A stretch of DNA of 64,000 nucleotides from Eledone cirrhosa (taxonomy: Eukaryota), in NCBI GenBank assembly GCA_964016885.1, contig OZ024745.1, positions 78,492,001-78,556,000 of the forward strand, in the 5' to 3' direction. The notes beneath the pieces were generated by a model. It saw only the letters and a program-made list of their open reading frames with translations, was not told the origin of the DNA and ran no database searches. Of the stretch, positions 40,479-52,981 are shown in pieces; the stretch's first letter is position 1, and each line of letters opens with the position of its first letter. A program made the position numbers and the translations under genes.

Positions 40479-40622
40479 TTGATCATCTTGGCCGACCAGT
40501 CAGTCGGGTGGCCGCTGGTCACAGCACGTCGTGCTGTTTTAGCCATAAGATAACGCCATCCCACTGGCTGGGCGGGCAGGCTGATTCGATTTCGAAATAT
40601 ATATATATATAGGTATATATAT

Positions 40623-40718
<96 letters not shown>

Positions 40719-41057
40719 CATACGGCGAGTTCCTGCATTTCCTGCCTCCCAAATTTCACCCACAGCCCAACTCGCAATGTAAATATACTTTGCACACCTA
40801 GAGCACTGTAACCTTACACTACTATCATACTCAATGATAACTGAAATTTTCTATTCAGTTGTATTTGTTTCGCAAGGTTTTTTTAAAATATGAAATCGAG
40901 TGTTAAAACAGATATTGTTATATTTGGAGAGGGTCGTGTTGTCGTAATATTGCCAAAAAATAGTATAGCTCTCACAGTTTGGTTTGGTTTTCACTTCAGT
41001 ATATTCTTATATTTCTATGAATAATTTAGCTGGTAATCAATGTTTATCATTGACAAC

Positions 41058-41343
41058 AGCATACATAGGACAAACAGACCGTATCATAAGAAAGAGAATA
41101 GATGAACACTGGAGTGAACTAAAAGGACAAAAAGGCAATTCAGTACTATATAAACACGCCAGACTAAAACATGATGATATCACAGACAACATAGAAGTTA
41201 AAATATCTAAACAAAGGAATGATTCGACAATTAGACAAATTGGGGAAGCTACAGAAATAGAATTTAAAAAACCTAGGCTGAACAGAAAACACGAATGGAA
41301 TAACAACAAACATATACAAACACACACTAGTGATCAAAGATAG
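41058..41343 (+). pseudogene. GIY-YIG endonuclease C-terminal fragment (Penelope-like)
   Basis: YIGQTDRIIRKRIDEH..NSVLYKH..H..RQIGEATEI..KPRLNRKHEW has the YIG, R..EH, catalytic E and P.LN motifs. Confidence 0.85.
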
Positions 41344-41614
41344 AATATAAATATACACTGATGCAATAACAACATCCACACACAGATACACACTAGTGAG
41401 TAAAGGTAGAATATAAACATAAAGGTAGAATATAAACATAAGGTAGAATATAAACATATAAACACACGCAAACTCAGAAACGAACACATGAGCACACACC
41501 AAACAGAATACACGCACACCAACGCATGCGCAAACAGAGACAACCAAAATAAGTAAATCATATAAAATAAAATGAAAAAACGTTATAGGAACATAACGGG
41601 AGGAAACACGATCA

Positions 41615-41656
41615 TCAATGAAGAAGTCACTGATATGTGTGACGAAAGAACTTTGA
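41615..41656 (+). ncRNA. Degenerate hammerhead (C3A) downstream of the GIY-YIG fragment
   Basis: TCA-ATGAAGA-A-GTCAC(TGATATGT)GTGAC-GAAA-GAAC-TT-TGA. Confidence 0.55.
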
Positions 41657-42678
41657 GAAACTATATTTGTATTTATAGTTTTAAGTTGATCAATTAATGA
41701 TAAACATTGATTGCCAACTAAATTATTTATAGAAATATAAAAATATGCTGAAGCAAAAACCAAACCAAACAGTGAGTGTGTTTTACTACTTTTTTTTTAT
41801 TATGACAATATGGCGCTCCCCGAATATAACAATATATGTTTTAACACTCGATTTCATATTAAAAAAACCTTGCAAAACAAATATATCGCCGATAACTGAA
41901 ATGAATTCTAGAAACAGAATATATTCATATAGATTTAGTAGTGCAAGTATTGTTTTTATTCTGTTGGGTTTCTAGCAACACTCCTCACTAGTGTAACTGC
42001 TGATGACCCAACTATCCATCTTGTTACAAGTTAAAGAGCCGTGTACTTATGGTGGAGTTGTTGGGACGTCGCCCAGATATGCGACATATCATAGGCATCT
42101 TAAACCTAACAGAGTCCATCGCATTCCATGTCGAAACATAGCCAATTTCTCCTTGAATGTGAGAAAATGTATCTAGTACTTTATTTATAGACCTCGAAAG
42201 GATGAAAGAAAAATATGCAACGTGTTAAGAGGGGGTTACTCTGATAGGAAACGCATTCTTACAGGAAATGGATGTTTTGGAGATCTTCTCTGCCAGCTGG
42301 AGATTATGATGTTCCTAGACTTCCGAGTCTACGACATTCATTGACACCAATTATCTTGCCTCGGCTTGTTTCTAGATTATGCAAATAAGGGGGAAGAGGG
42401 TTTGCGGAATTGTGCAAGAATTATTGAACCAAAGATTCTATACGGGAATTGCTACCTTAATAGTCAGTGATTGTCTTCTTCAGATACGAGTGAACACCCA
42501 TCATATATATATGTATGTGTACATCCGTGTGTTTATGTACAAATGTGCGTTACTTTTCGATGGTGCACCCTCAGATTTACAGTAATATGCTTATTATGAA
42601 ACTCTACCTTACAATTATTTTGCATTAGAATACCCACCCACAATGTTCTGAAGCCACACTCCCTGAGTACCAAAGCCT

Positions 42679-42679
<1 letters not shown>

Positions 42680-42773
<94 letters not shown>
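42680..42773. repeat. (GT)n microsatellite; also (GA)n at ~43293-43342, (CATA)n at ~43795-43880 and (GT)n at ~55633-55672
   Basis: Direct reading. Confidence 0.97.
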
Positions 42774-42774
<1 letters not shown>

Positions 42775-43290
42775 AAAGAGAGGAGTGAGAGTATGTAAAA
42801 GAAGGAAATGTTGCTTGGAGCAGGAGAATAAGTTAATTGGGTATTTCAGTTTACGCGGTCATCAAATGTACATAAACCTAACTGGAATGTATCGACCCTC
42901 TACCCGGTGATTCTTTTCTTATGCAGTCATAGTGAACAACTCAGAACGAAACTCCGAGTTCATGAGCTTCATAATCTGTTTTAGGAAACGTCTATTAATA
43001 TTACTATTAAATGAAGCCTTTAGATGGTCATTCGAACTACTAGAAATAGTAGCTAATTTTCCCTCAAATAGTATACCTTTAAAAACGCACATTGGATGAT
43101 TGTTGTCTAGGGCACATAATGCCGCAAAAAAAAGATGATATGGTCATGGCAGAAAGCCTTTGATCACAGTTCTATTGAATTAAAGCTGTCTTGGGGATAA
43201 ACAACAGCAACAACAGTCATTACCATGTGTTTATAAGTGACACATACTTGGATACAATGTTTGTATGTGTTGTAACATGTATACATATAC

Positions 43291-43344
<54 letters not shown>

Positions 43345-43850
43345 GTAAGTGTGTTTCTTTGGTTCTAGATACGTATTATATCTGTAGTTTTGCCAATGCA
43401 AATAACTACATATAACTAACTATATTGGTTGATCCCTATAAACTGTGGTTGTGAAAATCGGGCAAAGTTCCGTGGAGAGGGAAAAATGCCTATATATATA
43501 GAGAGAGAAAGATGAGATGAGATGAGATGAGATAGATCGATATTTGCTATCGAAACAGTAAAAGCTTAATCATAGGGCAATAAATTCTTACATTATATGC
43601 GAATAGATGTAAGTATATATATACCCGTAACTCATAAGGGAGTCATAGAGGCATTTCTGGGGCATTTTTAACACTTGGCGGCGCCCATCTCGCCAGATCC
43701 GAACACAGCAGACTTCTTCCAGAGAGGGATAAAGAGTGATAAAATGGAAGTGAGAAAGAGATGCAGAGGAAGAATCGACCCACCCCCCTGTCGATACATA
43801 CATACATACATACATACAAACATACATACATACATACATACATACATACA

Positions 43851-43882
<32 letters not shown>

Positions 43883-44234
43883 CCTTTTCGAAGGAAATGG
43901 GAATTACGATGTTGAAGCTTTATCTCTCATAGGCAAACGGAATGAAATGAAAGTGAAATATTTTCCATCGGGAGTGAAACATTGTCGAGAACTTATCTTT
44001 TGCTTCTGGTTGCCCACTTTATCTTCAGTCTTTACATCGCCAATCTATCAAATCTTTTGTAGTCTCGTTTAAAATAACCCCGCACAACCAGCCCCTCTCT
44101 AGCTAGACCTATTTACTCATTCTTAGTATGACCTTCCATCTTTTATTGAACTTTTTAGTAACAATTATTGCCATAAAGTTCACTGGGGTATTAAATTCAT
44201 GTGAAAGACGACCGTACCAATCCACCATCCTTAT

Positions 44235-44440
44235 TGGATTGGCAGTATCGGTAGAGCGTCGGACACCATGCTTCACGGCAGAGAGTTACGGCTCTTTACG
44301 TTCTGAGTTCAAATCCCGCCGAGGTTAACTTTGCCTTTCATCTTTACAGGCTCGATAATCACCAGTATGTACTGGGGTTGATTTAATCAACTTTCTCCTC
44401 TCCTTCAAATTGCTAGCCTTGTGCCTAAAGTAGAAACACT
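44235..44440 (+). mobile_element. SINE family A
   Basis: GGATTGGCAGTATCGGTAGAGCG..GAGTTCAAATCCCGCCGAGG. Confidence 0.85.
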
Positions 44441-44499
44441 ATTATACTTCTTCACACAACCGCGGATACAAATCCTTGGACACATCGTCAGTGTTATAT

Positions 44500-44830
44500 C
44501 CTGGAGTCACTAGGTGTTTCGGGTCTTACAATATACAGCTTTGTCCAGGTGGCCTGACTGGCATTGTTCAAGCCTCGGCCTGTGTTAAGTGTCATATTAC
44601 TGATGTCACCACTCACTCCCATTATATTAATGGTTCCATAAATATCACTCGGAGAACGATCTACAAACCCTCGACAGCATAACTTCCACGGGACATGTAC
44701 CTGGTCCTCCACCCGTTCCTGCGACAGTCCACCACCAATTCCTAGTACTCCTTTCATGTGCCACCTCCATCCTTTCCTCCCAGTAAGCTCCAGAAGAACA
44801 AGCTGTTTTCAGCTCGGAAACCAAGATGGA
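44500..44830 (-). mobile_element. HERO/NeSL-like non-LTR retrotransposon, RLE-domain fragment
   Basis: Frameshifted translation WEERMEVAHER..LVVDCRRNGWR..PVEV..CRGF resembles the PWEE..AHERK..GW..PVEVGCRGF signature. Confidence 0.6.
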
Positions 44831-44904
44831 TGCCATATTTTCCTTTTTATTAAAATACAGTAGAGTACCTTTGTTGCAGTACATAACAAATAAGTATGTT
44901 CTCT

Positions 44905-45140
44905 TATATACACATATATTCACCAGGTCCGGACACAAAAGAACCAAACTCCCACTGCCTCAGTCTCTTCCCATCTCTCACTATTGTGAGAAAATGGGAG
45001 CCCACGCACTGGCCACCCCGTGGCCTCGGCGAACAGGATAGAGAAGGTGTTTCCATTGAAGATGGAGTGCTGGAAGAGTCATTCCAGCTTGCAAGTCTCA
45101 TAACCTGTGGACAGCCAACTCTATGCCGATTGTCGTGAGG
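44905..45140 (-). mobile_element. CRE-clade 3' fragment
   Basis: Reverse complement aligns to 13075-13310 and 25980-26215. Confidence 0.75.
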
Positions 45141-45186
45141 AGAGAGGTGACCCTAGGGTCAGGGTATATAGATTTAACATAAACTT

Positions 45187-45401
45187 AATAATGGTTTCTT
45201 ATATAGACACAAGGCCAGCAATTTGGGGGGAGGGGGAAGTTGATGAAATCGGCCCCAGTGCGTGACAGGTATTTTATTTTATCGACCCCGTAAGTATGAA
45301 AGGTAAAGTTAACCTCGGCGGGGTTTGAATTCAGATCATAAAGGGCCGTAACTCTATGCTGCAAAGCATGGCGTCCGACCCTCTACCGATACTGCCAATC
45401 C
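45187..45401 (-). mobile_element. SINE family A, full length
   Basis: Reverse complement of head, central domain and tail. Confidence 0.85.
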
Positions 45402-45856
45402 TATAATGGATAATTAAAATATAGACACCTGAACATTCGCAAACTATTGTCATGTTCAATGAGTTTACTCCTTAATGTAAATTGCATGTCAGAAAAAGTC
45501 ATATAAGTGCTTCCCCTCCTTCATTAGCCTCTCTCATTTAAAGAACAATTCTCCTCTGTCCGCCCCCTTCCGCCTACCTCTCCTCGTTCTCTCTTACGCC
45601 ACTATTCTCCCCCCGCCCCGCCGCGACCCCCGCCGCCGTGGTGGTGGTGGTGGTGGCGATGGTGGTCCATGATAGCATTGCTGCTGATGATGATGCTGTT
45701 GTTGATGTTGTTGTTGTTGTTGTGGAGGAGAGGGAGGAGGAGGAGGTCCACGATAGCATTGCTGCTGTTGTTGTTGTTGTTGTTGTTGTGTCTTTGTATT
45801 GCCATCTATATGTCGGCCCTTGTGGCCAATAAATGAAACTATTATTATTATTATTG

Positions 45857-46195
45857 AAGAGGAAAATCAAGGTGGAGAGGGAAGTGCTGCCTTCCAACTA
45901 GTTTGTTGAAAGGTGTGTGGGAGTGGCGAGTATGGTCCGTGTGAATGGGCCTGCCTGTAGATTGGAGTAGAAAAACTGGGAGAGGGCACTTTGTTCTAGT
46001 GGGATTTCTACACAGTGACCCTTAGAGTCTCCTCAGCTTTGGAGAATTTGTTTCTTTTAAATGTTTATTTTCTTGGTCTCTGTTATAAATTTTATTTTAC
46101 ACAAAGAAAAACCCACACTGTGTCGTCCTGTACCGTATTTAATGTTTCCTTAATGTGAGCCCTGTATAGCTAATAAAAAATTGTTATTATTATTA
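45857..46195 (+). mobile_element. 3' end of a probable L1/Tx1-like LINE
   Basis: KRKIKVEREVL..FVER..V C-terminal remnant, T-rich UTR, AATAAA and an (ATT)n tail. Confidence 0.45.
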
Positions 46196-48774
46196 TAAAC
46201 ATACAGGAATTTCTTTTATGCAAATAATGTATAGAACCACCCATTCAACTGAGGAGTTCGAATTAGAAGAGCCTTGAATATATAGGCTGAATGATATGGA
46301 GTAACTAGCTACTACAATAGAATAAAGGGTTCATTTAGTTGGCAAGTGCTCTTGAAAGGTTCTGAAAATGTTTACTACTTATAGTAAGAAGTACTGATTT
46401 ATCACTCCGCCACTTGTATGAATGACACTTCAGAATGGTCTACTATCTTTGTCAAAGTTGTGATTCTGTTACTTCTTGAAGAATACTATATTCTTTATTT
46501 TCAGCTGGAAATTTAGGTAAACTATAAAATTAAATATACAGTCCAACTGAAATAACTTAAATATAAAACAAAATAGAATCGACATTTAGAATTTCTGCGA
46601 CAAGGATTATTTCTCTGTCGGGCGTACGAAAATAGAACTCAACTAGTCAGGGTGTAAAAATAGTTCCGGAAGATTATATTCAAAGAAAAGAAGGCTTTAC
46701 CGTCTTCCTATAGTCTATATTCATAGAAACATAGGAATGGAAAATATATAAATCTCTCTCTCTATATATATATATATATATCTACACACCCACGGTATCG
46801 TGCCGCATAAAAGCTATTACCTCTACTACGAATGTATTTAATTATCATCATTATATCATCATCGATAAAATAAAGTACCAGTAATGCACTGGGTAATTGC
46901 TGGCCTTGTGCCTAAAGTAGAAACAATCATTATATCATCATCCCCTTCATTATTTTTATCATCATTATCATCATCGGCCTTATCATGATCACTTCCCCCA
47001 CCACAACCACTGCTGCCGCCGCCATCACCATCATTGCCATCATTCCCTTCATACTAACCGTTATGGCCAGCGACTGAGCTCTTTAATTTACCGTTTCCAA
47101 TTGACAGAGATTTCTGCTGTCTCTTTCGGTGATGCCCAAAGAGGCTTTAGTCGTAAAAGGGTTGACTAATGTGTGCAATTAGAAAGATATAAGTGAACCG
47201 TTAAGTTGACACTTATTTAAATACGAGTATGTGATACAAATGCTGCTTGAATGTATGTTCAGAGTCATATAGTATATATCTGCAACATTTATTTGTTATT
47301 TTTAAGACTTATGTTTATGAAATTGTTGTCTAATATACCCCTATTCTTTATGGCATAGACCTTTTTGTGGGGTCACATCCAGCCAACCATTTTTACATCA
47401 CCTGTAGGCCCGTGAGGATCTTTAGTGGTGCCTTCACTTCATTCAGCAAGATATCGGCAACAGGATTACCCAGGCTCAAAATTTCGTTCACTCATCCAGC
47501 TATCAACATGTCTACAAAGATACTTCTTCCTGCATCGAGGACATATACTTCTCCACACTCTAACACTCATACAATACGGATTCAGAAACGAAATTCTTAA
47601 CAATCGTAAACTTTTCTGCATCAATTAATTTCATCCCTTATATACATTCGTAACTGGCATACAGACCCTGTTTGTACTCTTCATCCCTTTCTCACCTCTA
47701 CTACACCATTACTTACTCTGTCCCTGCCATATCATCCGATCACTGCTACCCACCATCACAAGTGCTCATACAATAAAAAAAACTATGCTATCCGCTACCC
47801 AAACATGTCTCTACTCCGTCTATGCTCATTAATCCTAGCAACCCAGCAGGGGCAACTAGGCGGATGACTGGATCCATTTTCTTTGGGATATCCCACCACG
47901 TCCCACATTACAAAACTCATATTTCCATATCCACCAAATATTTCACTCATAGCTATGCTACAGCTGTTCATGAAAAGAAAATCTTCAACTGGAGAACTTT
48001 TATGCAGCATGGCAACTCCTGGAAGATTATCATCCGAACCACGAAGTATATCTCCGTGCATCACATGGCACACAACCCCTCCCATCTCTCAAATTGCAGG
48101 CTATGTTTTGGTTCCTTGCCAAAATGTTCTCTAGAACTAGATTTGTGGAATCTTCTTTTCTTCTACTTCCCAACTATGAGGGTTCTCTAAGCAGTTCTCT
48201 CATGAAGAGAGCCTGCACATTGATGCGCACTTTGCATTCAACTCCACACTGCACATACTAAAGAAATATCTTCCAAAGTTATCTCTTTTCACTCCGAGAA
48301 GATCACTATACCGAGATTACGCACACGTCAAGTGCGAAACATCTCCGGGGGCTTCAAACCACCACGACTAGCGAGCTTGACAATATCCCTTCCTTCTATT
48401 GACTCAAACAATGTACCCCAAAGCTAGTTCTGATCTTCACAAACTCTTCTATCGAACATGATCCACATGCAACCTAGACACCTCACACCAAATTTATACT
48501 GCCTCAATGAACAAAAATATCGCAAATATTCTGCAATACACATTTTGTCTTCTTCAATATCAGAAAAATTACACGTAAAAATATACTATTTTTTGCATAG
48601 TCTAACAAGGAAGAACCTAGTAGTTCTTTACAAGCTGACAATTGTTAGTATTGGAAGGAGAAAATGTACGCAGTGATAAATTCCTTTGAATATATATCTG
48701 TCATGCTGATTTTAAATCCTCTCGGGGTTGATTTTTGCTTCTCACCCCAGTAAAATTAATGCTAGTAATATACT

Positions 48775-48898
48775 TGTTTCTACTTTAGGCACAAGGCCAG
48801 CAATTACCCAGTGCATTACTGGTACTTTATTTTATCGACCCCGTAAGGATGAAAGGCAAAGTCAACCTCGGCGGGATTTGAACTCAGATCGTAAAGGG
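48775..48898 (-). mobile_element. SINE family A, 3' part (young copy)
   Basis: Near-exact reverse complement of 31212-31332. Confidence 0.88.
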
Positions 48899-50499
48899 AC
48901 GATGTGCTAGTAATATACTGGTATCAATTCAAACAACTTTCTCCTTCTGCATAAGGAATATCTTGTTAGTATTTATTACAAACATAAACAGCCTGAAAAT
49001 AACATTCTATTTGTCCGTCGACTTCATAATCATCATTGTCACTATCTTCCCCTCCTTGTCATCATCAACAACATTCGTTCATTCATTCATTTATTGTTAT
49101 CTAAAAGGTCAAAGTAAAAAGGAGATATTTCCAAAATGATAGATTGCGAACGGAAAATAAACCCAATTTCATTTGACTCTTTCAGTTAGATTTTGAGCAG
49201 TGCAGAGTGCTTATCAGCAAGCTTTATCACAATGCACGATACCTTCGTTTAATTTTGATTCAATAAATTATTTCAATCAATGTTTTCCTAAATAAGTGGT
49301 TGCTGACATTAATCCGATGTTTAGCACCTGTTTCTGTATCATGTCTTAAGAGGTACAAATCTGTACATTGACTGTGTTGATTGAAAGCAACTCTCGGAAA
49401 CCGTTAGATATTAATAATCTCAAAAATATATAAACTTAAATGAAGAGAGTTAATACTCTGGCGTAAGAATACACAAACAAATTAAAAGCGTTATATGATC
49501 TGAATATACTTAATCCAGTTTTCATTTTTACTCCAATTTTCCATAAAGTTCCATTGCAACACCCGTAGACTAGCTTCATTTGTTACCTACTTGTACAAAT
49601 CCAGAATTGATAAACAGTGAAAAATAAATTTAACAGATAATATGTCCGATTCTCACATATATTTCTATGAGTCAAAAGTTACTCTCCGGCTAGATTTTTC
49701 TAAGTAACGATATCAAGACAAATAAGGCCTGAAATGACATTCAAGAATAAATAGTTGAAACAAAAATGTGGCAGTAATTAAGAGGAAGGGAAGTGACATA
49801 GACGTATGCGTGCCACACAATGAAAACAAAGTGTTCGTTATTTGTTATCTTGCTGGAAATTATTATGTTAAAAGACCTGACCATTCACGGTTGGCCATAG
49901 TAGAGCCTGGCTGGTAAAGCAAGAAAATCTAATACAATACCAGTGTCATATAATACCAGATGGAAAAGTAGGATCTCATTTGACTAAACATAATAAAATA
50001 ACTGTGTTGGAGCTGTGGCTTTGGGGTATTATATATTCAAAACATTCATTTCGAGAAGACTGGATTTAATTTCAGAAAATAATTAGGCACAGGTTGTTTA
50101 TATGACTTGTCCAGTTAAAAGAAAATTCCTGAAAACAGTAGAAAAAAAAACTAAAATTGTATTAAACGTTATTCTTTGAGATGGTTAGCACTGTGTCAAC
50201 TATGATAGATATCTTAGGTTAAAGAACTGGCTGAATATGAAGAACAAAGAAGCAATTAATGAATGGCTGAAAATTGGTAGCCTGAGAATTTCTTCCTCGA
50301 ATTCCTGGAGGAGGAGGAGGGGGTGATGGGAGGAGGAAAGGAAGGGTGATGGGAGGAGGAGGAGGAAGAGGACAACACCTATAAAAACAATATCGATGAT
50401 GTGGGGGATGGAGAAGAAAAAAATTGACGCCACCATCCATCGCTACGTTGAAGTCATCTACTACGTTGATTTCGACGAAGCCAGATGTCAACAGACTAC

Positions 50500-51420
50500 A
50501 CTAGCAGTGAGGTGGCCTAGGCCTCTGCACAACATCTGAGCTTGCACTGGCAGCCTATATATCTTCCAGCATCTCCAGCCGCACCCTCATCCCTCATCTA
50601 CGTGGTTCTTTGCGAAACGTCAGAATGAAACGTGGGCCGGGAACTCGAGTCAGTTCCGACCGTTTGGACTGACGATGGCCTTACCGTCCCTCAGTATGCA
50701 GGATACCAACACAACTGGGACGACATCAAATGCAATTCAACTTGAGGCAGATCGAGCCTTCCTTTGATCAACATCGTCTCGCCTATTTCCGTTCTGCTTC
50801 ACTGCGAAAAAGTGGTTCATGGCTCAATTCAATGTCCACCTCATCAACCGGTACCCATCTTAATGAATGTACCTGCATCTGAGTAGACAAGTGCCTTGGC
50901 CTCCTCGTTGTGGAGCTATGGTCGACGAGTTCGGACTACATCCGTTCTGTTGTCGCCGGCGTGCAAGTCAATTCCCCCGGCCCGCTGCGTTGAACGATAT
51001 CATCAGAAGGAGCTTTGACGTTGCCGGTTTCCCATCATAACTTGAGCTTGCCGGCTGTGACCCGTAGCAATGGTAAACCCCTAGACGGGTTAATCATTTT
51101 TCAGTTAGAAAAAGATAAATTTATAATCTATGTCGCTACGTCCTGCATCACGTTCTTCACCTCCAACCGTGTCACTTTGGCTACAAACCTGGGCACTGCC
51201 GTCCATAATATGGAGGAGAGGAAAATAGAGAAATACCAAGACGTGACCGACCGCTTCACTTTTATGCCGGTCGCTGTACTGCCGTTTCCTTCACAAAATT
51301 GGGAAGAACGGGTCCCGCTGAGGAAAGAACCCCGTGGGGTGGAGTGGCTAATGCAGCAAGTGTCACTGGCTGCTCTCCACAACAATTCCTTCGCTGTTTT
51401 GTCCGTAGGGCGCAGCTGGG
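50500..51420 (+). mobile_element. CRE-clade non-LTR retrotransposon, larger decayed fragment (post-RT region, zinc knuckle, RLE)
   Basis: GGLGL..LALAAYISS; SGSWLNS; VDEFGLHPFCCRR..ALNDIIRR; GKPLDGL; EERKIEKY..FMPVAV; WLMQQVSLA. Confidence 0.85.
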
Positions 51421-52159
51421 ATATACTGCCATTTTTGACTATTTTCTTTATTACAAACATTTGATGAATAAAGATGATATTCTTAGAGACAAAATTATTT
51501 TTAAATGAGGAGCAAGTCAAGACGTTACACAATGTAAAAGGTGAATATTAAAAAAAAAATAAATAAATATAGAATATTTAAAACACTCAATGATTAATAC
51601 AAGATATAGTTTAAACAACATCACAGAATAGCTGATCGACTGACCTACGGCCGGGTACCCACTAGCTAGTTAACATCAGGGCACCACACAGCTCTGTCTG
51701 CTTACCACTTGAATATTAGAACACAAGAATGCGCCTGTAAGCGTTTGTTTGCGTTGGCTATGTATCCAGCATCTACAGTGTTTCTGGTTTATCCGATAGA
51801 AAATTATCAAAGTAGTTTTCACCATCTTATTGTTTGCCAGTTTTCTGTATATTAGCCTATTTCCTCCCCCTTATATAGTTCTAATCTGAAAGACACTTAG
51901 CTCAATTTCATAACAGCATTGTTGTTGAATTGAATAGGGCCCGCTTTGTGTGTTTTACACACGTTTTGAGTTCCTTTCTTCTTTTCCTCCACTACGGTCT
52001 TCCACTTCTCTCCGAGCTTCATTCGTCTCCCATCGTCAATGGAATGGTACAGTTGAGAAAGTGGAAATCTCAACTATTTCCAGAGCTTCAACTAGCTGTG
52101 CTAATAGAACAGCAGGACACAGGATTTGCAGTTATTGTTGTCTGTTATGCTGCTGTTCA

Positions 52160-52240
<81 letters not shown>

Positions 52241-52245
<5 letters not shown>

Positions 52246-52981
52246 TGAAAATAGACCGAGAAACAGGACTGTCCATCATCAGTAGTCTGCTGATTATCAT
52301 TGGTATTTCTTCGCATTAAAGACTACATACCTAAAATTAGTGTGAGCGATAACTAAATTAAGTTATCGGGACAGAGCGCAAAGGAATAAGTAAACAAACA
52401 ACATGGTAGTAATGCAACGTAAAGACAGGAAATGAGAGACAAGTCAATGAATCTTGAGGGCTTAAGTCCGAACAAATCAAATGACGAGAAGAGGCAGACA
52501 CGTCCGAGCCACGCGAAAAGTGAGAGAGAAAAGAATTTCACCCGGGTCAGACGGGAGGAATTGAGAGAGGGGGAGTAGCAGAGAGTGAGTGAGTGAAGGT
52601 GTGAGGAAGAGGCCAGCCGAGAGAATGTGTGGCCAGCAGAGGGGTGAATGAAAGCAAGAGGTACAAGGAGAGAGAAGGAGGAGAGAGAAAGAGGATAGCA
52701 GTAAGGTGGCAGAAAAAATACGAACCACAGCGAGGGGAAAAAAATATGTGAATGAAAAATGGCGTGCTGCGTTGTTGCGAATGTGGACATATGAATGAAA
52801 ATAGACCGAGAAACAGGATTGTCCATCATCAGTAGTCTGCTGATTATCATTGGTATTTCTTCGCATTAAAGACTAAATACCTAAAATCAGTGTGAGCGAT
52901 AACTAAATTAAGTTATCGGGACAGAGCGAAAAGGAAAAAGTAAACAAACAACAGGTGGTAATGCAACGTAAAGAGAGGAAA
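52241..52981 (-). mobile_element. Tandem ~190-bp direct repeats (52241-52431 and 52791-52981), Penelope pLTR-like
   Basis: Highly similar copies 550 bp apart, beginning at a (TA)n tract. The minus strand carries CTGATGA-TGGACA...TGTCCA but no intact GAAA. Confidence 0.65.

Larger units (their letters stand above)
29660..40680. repeat. Complex TA-rich satellite (GGTATATATATCAAATATG / CATATTTGATATATATAAC units) hosting multiple insertions
   Basis: Recurrent CAAATATG/CATATTTG punctuation of (TA)n, interrupted by SINE, LINE and PLE pieces. Confidence 0.9.
40862..41883 (+). mobile_element. 5'-truncated Penelope-like element with an inverted 5' copy of its tail
   Basis: Inverted arms ~40862-41051 and ~41696-41883; internal GIY-YIG fragment; degenerate hammerhead at 41615-41656; GATAACTGAAAT at 40836-40847 and 41891-41902 is a possible TSD. 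Confidence 0.85.

Noticed and set aside
47360-48460. Possible decayed Penelope RT/endonuclease body (similarly ~2230-2670, ~39160-39670, ~53200-53560)
   Set aside because: Composition is suggestive, but no motif could be read with confidence. Needs tBLASTx or an HMM search.
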